Positions 57,901 to 64,000 of a DNA stretch of 64,000 bases are shown piece after piece (the first letter of the stretch is position 1; each line of letters begins with the position of its first letter). The translations under genes were made by a program, and so were the position numbers. Source of the DNA: Auanema rhodensis (Eukaryota > Animalia > Nematoda); assembly GCA_964057225.1 (NCBI GenBank), contig OZ059894.1, positions 19,034,001-19,098,000 on the forward strand, in the 5' to 3' direction. Below the pieces are notes generated by a model. The model ran no database searches and was not told the DNA's origin. It saw only the letters and a program-made list of their open reading frames with translations.

Positions 57901-60900
57901 ACTACATTGAGAAACGCTTAATACAAAAATTAGTTATGATCGTTTGAAAAATGATCCATTAGTGTATGTTGAGTTTCCATGTACACTCAACATTACTTCC
58001 AAAAACATTTTGACAAAAATTTTTTCAAAAAATTTCAGAATAAATTAGCAAAAAGTAGATGTTTTTAGATTCCTTTTTTCAAGACAAAGACGATGGACAA
58101 TGTTATTCAACGAAAAAATTAATTCTTCAGGGTGAAAATCGAGGATATAAGTGTGAACTTATATCAGTTGATATCTCGGTGCATTTTTAAGCTAGCGCAA
58201 ATCTGATAACACAGATCGACGCAGCTTAAAAATCCGCATCGAATGCACTATACTACATTGAGAAACGCTCAATACAAAAATTAGTTATGATCGTTTGAAA
58301 AATGATGCATTAGTGTATGTTGAGTTTCCATGTACACTCAACATTGCTTCCAAAAACATTTTGACAAAAATTTTTTCGAAAACTTTCAAAATAATTTAGC
58401 AAAAAGTAGATGTTTTTAGATTTCTTTTTTCAAGGCAAAGACGATGGACAATGTTATTCAACGAAAAAATTAATTCTTCAGGGTGAAAATCGAGGATATA
58501 AGTGTGAACTTATATCAGTTGATATCTCGGTGCATTTTTAAGCTAGCGCAAATCTGATAACACAGATCGACGCAGCTTAAAAATCCGCATCGAATGCACT
58601 ATACTACATTGAGAAACGCTCAATACAAAAATTAGTTATGATCGTTTGAAAAATGATGCATTAGTGTATGTTGAGTTTCCATGTACACTCAACATTGCTT
58701 CCAAAAACATTTTGACAAAAATTTTTTCGAAAAATTTCAAGATAATTTAGCAAAAAGTAGATGTTTTTAGATTCCTTTTTTCAAGGCAAAGACGATGGAC
58801 AATGTTATTCAACGAAAAAATTAATTCTTCAGGGTGAAAATCGAGGATATAAGTGTGAACTTATATCAGTTGATATCTGGGTGCATTTTTAAGCTAGCGC
58901 AAATCTGATAACACAGATCGACGCAGCTTAAAAATCCGCATCGAATGCACTATACTACATTGAGAAACGCTTAATACAAAAATTAGTTATGATCGTTTGA
59001 AAAATGATGCATTAGTGTATGTTGAGTTTCCATGTACACTCAACATTGCTTCCAAAAACATTTTGACAAAAATTTTTTCAAAAAATTTCAAAATAAATTA
59101 GCAAAAAGTAGATGTTTTTAGATTCCTTTTTTCAAGGCAAAGACGATGGACAATGTTATTCAACGAAAAAATTAATTCTTCAGGGTGAAAATCGAGGATA
59201 TAAGTGTGAACTTATATCAGTTGCTATCTCGGTGCATTTTTAAGCTAGCGCAAATATGATAACACAGATCGACGCAGCTTAAAAATCCGCATCGAATGCA
59301 CTATACTACATTGAGAAACGCTTAATACAAAAATTAGTTATGATCGTTTGAAAAATGATCCATTAGTGTATGTTGAGTTTCCATGTACACTCAACATTGC
59401 TTCCAAAAACATTTTGACAAAAGTTTTTTCGAAAAATTTCAGAATAATTTAGCGAAAAATAGATGTTTTTAGATTCCTTTTTTCAAGGCAAAGACGATGG
59501 ACAATGTTATTCAACGAAAAAATTAATTCTTCAGGGTGAAAATCGAGGATATAAGTGTGAACTTATATCAGTTGATATCTCGGTGCATTTTTAAGCTAGC
59601 GCAAATCTGATAACACAGATCGACGCAGCTTAAAAATCCGCATCGAATGCACTATACTACATTGAGAAACGCTTAATACAAAAATTAGTTATGATCGTTT
59701 GAAAAATGATGCATTAGTGTATGTTGAGTTTCCATGTACACTCAACATTGCTTCCAAAAACATTTTGACAAAAATTTTTTCGAAAAATTTCAAAATAATT
59801 TAGCAAAAAGTAAATGTTTTTAGATTCCTTTTTTCAAGGCAAAGACGATGGACAATGTTATTCAACGAAAAAATTGATTCTTCAGGGTGAAAATCGAGGA
59901 TATAAGTGTGAACTTATATCAGTTGATATCTGGGTGCATTTTTAAGCTAGCGCAAATCTGATAACACAGATCGACGCAGCTTAAAAATCCGCATCGAATG
60001 CACTATACTACATTGAGAAACGCTTAATACAAAAATTAGTTATGATCGTTTGAAAAATGATCCATTAGTGTATGTTGAGTTTCCATGTACACTCAACATT
60101 ACTTCCAAAAACATTTTGACAAAAATTTTTTCAAAAAATTTCAGAATAAATTAGCAAAAAGTAGATGTTTTTAGATTCCTTTTTTCAAGACAAAGACGAT
60201 GGACAATGTTATTCAACGAAAAAATTAATTCTTCAGGGTGAAAATCGAGGATATAAGTGTGAACTTATATCAGTTGATATCTCGGTGCATTTTTAAGCTA
60301 GCGCAAATCTGATAACACAGATCGACGCAGCTTAAAAATCCGCATCGAATGCACTATACTACATTGAGAAACGCTTAATACAAAAATTAGTTATGATCGT
60401 TTGAAAAATGATCCATTAGTGTATGTTGAGTTTCCATGTACACTCAACATTGCTTCCAAAAACATTTTGACAAAAATTTTTTCGAAAACTTTCAAAAAAA
60501 TTTAGCAAAAAGTAGATGTTTTTAGATTTCTTTTTTCAAGGCAAAGACGATGGACAATGTTATTCAACGAAAAAATTAATTCTTCAGGGTGAAAATCGAG
60601 GATATAAGTGTGAACTTATATCAGTTGATATCTCGGTGCATTTTTAAGCTAGCGCAAATCTGATAACACAGATCGACGCAGCTTAAAAATCCGCATCGAA
60701 TGCACTATACTACATTGAGAAACGCTTAATACAAAAATTAGTTATGATCGTTTGAAAAATGATCCATTAGTGTATGTTGAGTTTCCATGTACACTCAACA
60801 TTGCTTCCAAAAACATTTTGACAAAAATTTTTTCGAAAACTTTCAAAAAAATTTAGCAAAAAGTAGATGTTTTTAGATTTCTTTTTTCAAGGCAAAGACG

Positions 60901-62161
60901 ATGGACAATGTTATTCAACGAAAAAATTAATTCTTCAGGGTGAAAATCGAGGATATAAGTGTGAACTTATATCAGTTGATATCTCGGTGCATTTTTAAGC
61001 TAGCGCAAATCTGATAACACAGATCGACGCAGCTTAAAAATCCGCATCGAATGCACTATACTACATTGAGAAACGCTCAATACAAAAATTAGTTATGATC
61101 GTTTGAAAAATGATGCATTAGTGTATGTTGAGTTTCCATGTACACTCAACATTGCTTCCAAAAACATTTTGACAAAAATTTTTTCGAAAAATTTCAAAAT
61201 AATTTAGCAAAAAGTAGATGTTTTTAGATTCCTTCTTTCAAGGCAAAGACGATGGACAATGTTATTCAACGAAAAAATTAATTCTTCAGGGTGAAAATCG
61301 AGGATATAAGTGTGAACTTATATCAGTTGATATCTGGGTGCATTTTTAAGCTAGCGCAAATCTGATAACACAGATCGACGCAGCTTAAAAATCCGCATCG
61401 AATGCACTATACTACATTGAGAAACGCTTAATACAAAAATTAGTTATGATCGTTTGAAAAATGATGCATTAGTGTATGTTGAGTTTCCATGTACACTCAA
61501 CATTGCTTCCAAAAACATTTTGACAAACATTTTTTCAAAAAATTTCAAAATAAATTAGCAAAAAGTAGATGTTTTTAGATTCCTTTTTTCAAGGCAAAGA
61601 CGATGGACAATGTTATTCAACGAAAAAATTAATTCTTCAGGGTGAAAATCGAGGATATAAGTGTGAACTTATATCAGTTGCTATCTCGGTGCATTTTTAA
61701 GCTAGCGCAAATATGATAACACAGATCGACGCAGCTTAAAAATCCGCATCGAATGCACTATACTACATTGAGAAACGCTTAATACAAAAATTAGTTATGA
61801 TCGTTTGAAAAATGATCCATTAGTGTATGTTGAGTTTCCATGTACACTCAACATTGCTTCCAAAAACATTTTGACAAAAATTTTTTCAAAAAATTTCAAA
61901 ATAAATTAGCAAAAAGTAGATGTTTTTAGATTCCTTTTTTCAAGGCAAAGACGATGGACAATGTTATTCAACGAAAAAATTAATTCTTCAGGGTGAAAAT
62001 CGAGGATATAAGTGTGAACTTATATCAGTTGATATCTGGGTGCATTTTTAAGCTAGCGCAAATATGATAACACAGATCGACGCAGCTTAAAAATCCGCAT
62101 CGAATGCACTATACTACATTGAGAAACGCTTAATACAAAAATTAGTTATGATCGTTTGAAA

Positions 62162-62221
62162 AATTATTCTATTTTACTAGTCTACGACGTTAAATAAGAA
62201 TTATATTTATTCGAAATGCTT
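62162..62221 (-). repeat. DIRS right terminus: rE extension (62162-62198) plus outer part of the right inverted terminal repeat (from 62199; inner boundary undetermined)
   Basis: 62162-62215 is the exact 54-bp reverse complement of 62593-62646. 62199-62221 (AATTATATTTATTCGAAATGCTT) is an exact 23-bp direct repeat of 62643-62665. The rE/ITR split is inferred from the DIRS1 model. Confidence 0.88.
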
Positions 62222-62592
62222 TATTTCGTAATAGGTCCTCACATAAAACAAACAAAAAAAAATTCAAATTATCTCTCAGGTTCCCTTTCCCACGTTTCTT
62301 TGGGCGGGAAATAGTGAGAGTAAGCGATCGTCCTTATTCATTTCAGGTGTCCAAAAAAGGAAGAATAGAAAGGCAGCATAACAATAACAAAATAAAAGAA
62401 CAATAGTAACAGAAGGAAAGGAAAGGCTGCGGATAGCAGGCAGCATGCTAACCTATCTCTTGCGGTCGTAGTTGGTGCGTTGTGCAGGCTTGAATCTGGA
62501 AAGTTATGATAAAGACATCGAAAGTGGGCGAGCTCGAGTGGAAGTCCTCAGGTTGGTTAGCGGGAGCGCAGTAGGGGTGGAGGTGGGAGATA

Positions 62593-62665
62593 TTCGAATA
62601 AATATAATTCTTATTTAACGTCGTAGACTAGTAAAATAGAATAATTATATTTATTCGAAATGCTT
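62593..62665 (-). repeat. DIRS internal complementary region (ICR)
   Basis: Begins 2 nt after the YR stop codon. One part (62593-62646) is complementary to the element's 3' end. The other (62643-62665) is complementary to the predicted left-ITR start. The two overlap in AATT (62643-62646). Confidence 0.92.
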
Positions 62666-62667
62666 CT

Positions 62668-63936
62668 TCAAAAAAGAATCTTGGACTGGAACGAGGTTCT
62701 TCGCTCATAGTGGGTGAAGAAGGTTTTTTCTGAAGCCCAGTTAGCCGCCTTGAGGATGTCGCCTATAGGTAGACCTTGCGCTAGTGCCTTCGAGGTCACA
62801 GCCGAGCGTGTTGAGTGAGCTTTGAAGGTAGTGGGTATGCCCGCGCTGTGCAGGGTCTTTCTAATCCAACCAGAAATGGTGGTGGGTTCCACTGCTGCTC
62901 CATTCTTTCTGTTAAGAAAGAGGCATCTTGTTCGGCGGAGTTCCATGGTTCGAGATAGGTATTCATTTATGCAGTTAATAGGGCACAGGTTATTGCGTGT
63001 GGGGAAGTTCTCGAACTTCGCTTCATGCGGGGGTCCCTTAGATCTGTTTTTATTGCGTTTATTTATGAAGAAAGTTAACCCTTCTGCGTCGATACGCATG
63101 TGATCTAGGGAGAAAACGGCCAATTCGCTCACCCTCTTTGGAGAGCATAGGGCCAATAGAGTGGCTAGCTTGTGAGTGAGAGACTCTAGGCTGAGTTGGA
63201 CGTTGGGGCCCAGCCTATCAAGGAAGTCCAAGACTTCGGAGGGGTCCCAGGTGTCTACGTACCTAGCCCCTGAAGGCTTCTCTCTGAACAAACCCCTCAT
63301 GAGGCGGAGGAGCAGCACGTTCTCCTTTAGGGAGGGGGAGACCCCTAGGTGATCGGCCAATGCGGATATCGCTACCTTGTGTATGCGTACTGTGGAGAAG
63401 GCCTTAGTTTGAGCGAGAAATGATAGATAGTTAGCAACCGTTACTGGGTTGGGAGTAAAAGGTATCTTCTGCTTATTGCAGTAAGCTTTCCAGTTCTTGA
63501 GAGCACAGCCGTACTGTTTGCGTGTTCCTGGGGCCCAGGATTCGTTTAGGAGTCTCTTAGTCTCTGCTGTTACTCCCTCAAAGGAGTTTGTTAAATCTTC
63601 CACGCTGCTAATTGGAAATTCGGCGACTGCAGGAGAGGATGTGGGTTTCCTTCCCGGTCGGACAGCAGGTTCGGGTGTTGGAGCAGCAAGGGAGGCTCCT
63701 TGGATCTCTCTTGGAGTAGGGGAAACCACATTTGGCTCTTCCAGAATGGTGCTATCACTATAGCCGACCTCTGGGAGCTGGCGAGCTTTCCTAAGGTCTT
63801 GTGCAGGAGGTGGAAAGGTGGAAATACGTAAAGTAATCCGTCTGGCAGCTGCTGCCAATTGAACAAGAGTGCGTTCACTCCTAATGCGGCGCAATCTGGA
63901 AAGAAGGAGTAGAAAAGGGCGCATTTGGCGTTCCAA
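62668..63936 (-). CDS. DIRS1-type tyrosine recombinase (phage-integrase family; N-terminal core-binding/SAM-like domain plus catalytic domain)
   Basis: Uninterrupted 422-codon frame; the track start is TTG and the first ATG is at 63924. Motifs: SWAPGTRKQY...VANYLSFL...STVRIHKVAIS (core-binding region), LLALCSPKRVSEL (Arg I), LCPINCINEYL, FKAHSTRS (HxxR, 62806-62817) and DILKAANWASEKTFFTHY (Trp and catalytic Tyr). True start uncertain. Confidence 0.93.
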   Translation of the reverse strand: MERQMRPFLLLLSRLRRIRSERTLVQLAAAARRITLRISTFPPPAQDLRKARQLPEVGYSDSTILEEPNVVSPTPREIQGASLAAPTPEPAVRPGRKPTSSPAVAEFPISSVEDLTNSFEGVTAETKRLLNESWAPGTRKQYGCALKNWKAYCNKQKIPFTPNPVTVANYLSFLAQTKAFSTVRIHKVAISALADHLGVSPSLKENVLLLRLMRGLFREKPSGARYVDTWDPSEVLDFLDRLGPNVQLSLESLTHKLATLLALCSPKRVSELAVFSLDHMRIDAEGLTFFINKRNKNRSKGPPHEAKFENFPTRNNLCPINCINEYLSRTMELRRTRCLFLNRKNGAAVEPTTISGWIRKTLHSAGIPTTFKAHSTRSAVTSKALAQGLPIGDILKAANWASEKTFFTHYERRTSFQSKILF

Positions 63937-63998
63937 GTGGACGCGAACAGGTCTATTTTGGGTTCACCCCATTTGGAAAATATTGATCTAGTGATCTC
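63591..63998 (-). CDS. C-terminus of DIRS pol ORF: DAM-like (N6-adenine) methyltransferase domain, 5'-truncated by window edge
   Basis: The 95-aa track ORF stays open upstream to the window end. My translation reads EITRSIFSKWGEPKIDLFASTWNAKCALFYSFFPDCAALGVNALLFNW...LLYVFPPF...AIVIAPFWKSQMWFPLL. DLFAS (63939-63953), YxFPPF (FPPF at 63813-63824) and APxWxxQxWF match the DIRS1 MT-domain pattern as I recall it. Confidence 0.9.
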   Translation of the reverse strand, partial: EITRSIFSKWGEPKIDLFASTWNAKCALFYSFFPDCAALGVNALLFNWQQLPDGLLYVFPPFHLLHKTLGKLASSQRSAIVIAPFWKSQMWFPLLQERSKEPPLLLQHPNLLSDREGNPHPLLQSPNFQLAAWKI

Positions 63999-64000
63999 CG

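Larger units (their letters stand above)
1..62164. repeat. Tandem satellite DNA array, 351-bp monomer, ~177 copies head-to-tail, AT-rich (centromeric/pericentromeric-type; left end runs off window)
   Basis: The motif TYAATACAAAAATTAGTTATGATC recurs at 1, 352, 703, 1054, 1404 ... 62130 with a 351-bp period. Phase shifts are explained by a 1-bp deletion near 1140, a 4-bp duplication near 4011, 1-bp deletions near 24935 and 27742, and a 1-bp insertion near 54565. No inversion seen. Centromeric function is inference only. Confidence 0.99.
62162..64000 (-). mobile_element. DIRS1-like tyrosine-recombinase retrotransposon, 3' portion (MT domain, YR ORF, ICR, right ITR/rE); 5' part beyond window
   Basis: Abrupt exit from the satellite. 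The minus-strand order methyltransferase domain > overlapping tyrosine recombinase > ICR > terminal sequence complementary to the ICR is the canonical DIRS1 architecture. The element terminus is ATT, shared with the target. Confidence 0.95.

Noticed and set aside
1-62164. CRISPR array or repeat-spacer system
   Set aside because: The whole 351-bp unit is repeated, with no unique spacers and no cas genes.
62206-62225. Minus-strand AATAAA motifs (62206-62211, 62220-62225) as polyadenylation signals
   Set aside because: They lie in very AT-rich terminal repeat sequence that is constrained for other reasons, so they cannot be supported without transcript data.
62165-62520. Satellite derived from the DIRS terminus (short look-alikes such as AGTTATGAT, TTCGAAA, CGACG)
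   Set aside because: Matches are at most 9 bp, non-collinear and expected by chance in AT-rich DNA.
62822-63763. + strand ORFs 62822-63103 and 63497-63763
   Set aside because: Short antisense shadows of the YR gene with non-ATG starts and no recognisable motifs.
62668-63936. Prophage or bacterial integrase, or Crypton DNA transposon
   Set aside because: The overlapping DIRS-type MT domain and the ICR/terminal complementarity identify a DIRS1-like retroelement. RT/RNase H are expected upstream but are not visible in the window.

Overview
Eukaryotic heterochromatic or centromere-like DNA. Positions 1-62164 are one uninterrupted head-to-tail array of an AT-rich 351-bp satellite: 177 full monomers plus a 35-bp partial, counted from the repeat phase and corrected for five small indels. 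Monomers typically differ from consensus at only a few positions. Diagnostic variants show several higher-order duplications (2-, 3-, 7-, 8-, 9-, 10- and 11-mer periods and a 40-monomer offset) and a roughly mirror-symmetric, layered arrangement of monomer subtypes. At 62162-62164 the satellite is cut mid-monomer by the 3' end of an apparently intact DIRS1-like tyrosine-recombinase retrotransposon on the minus strand. Visible parts of the element are the right terminus with its extension (rE), a perfect internal complementary region (ICR), an uninterrupted tyrosine recombinase ORF, and the overlapping C-terminal DAM-like methyltransferase domain of the pol ORF, which runs off the window. The ICR predicts the element's unseen 5' end and the second satellite junction base by base. 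The 63-aa ORFs inside the satellite are judged non-coding artefacts. The host organism cannot be identified from this sequence.
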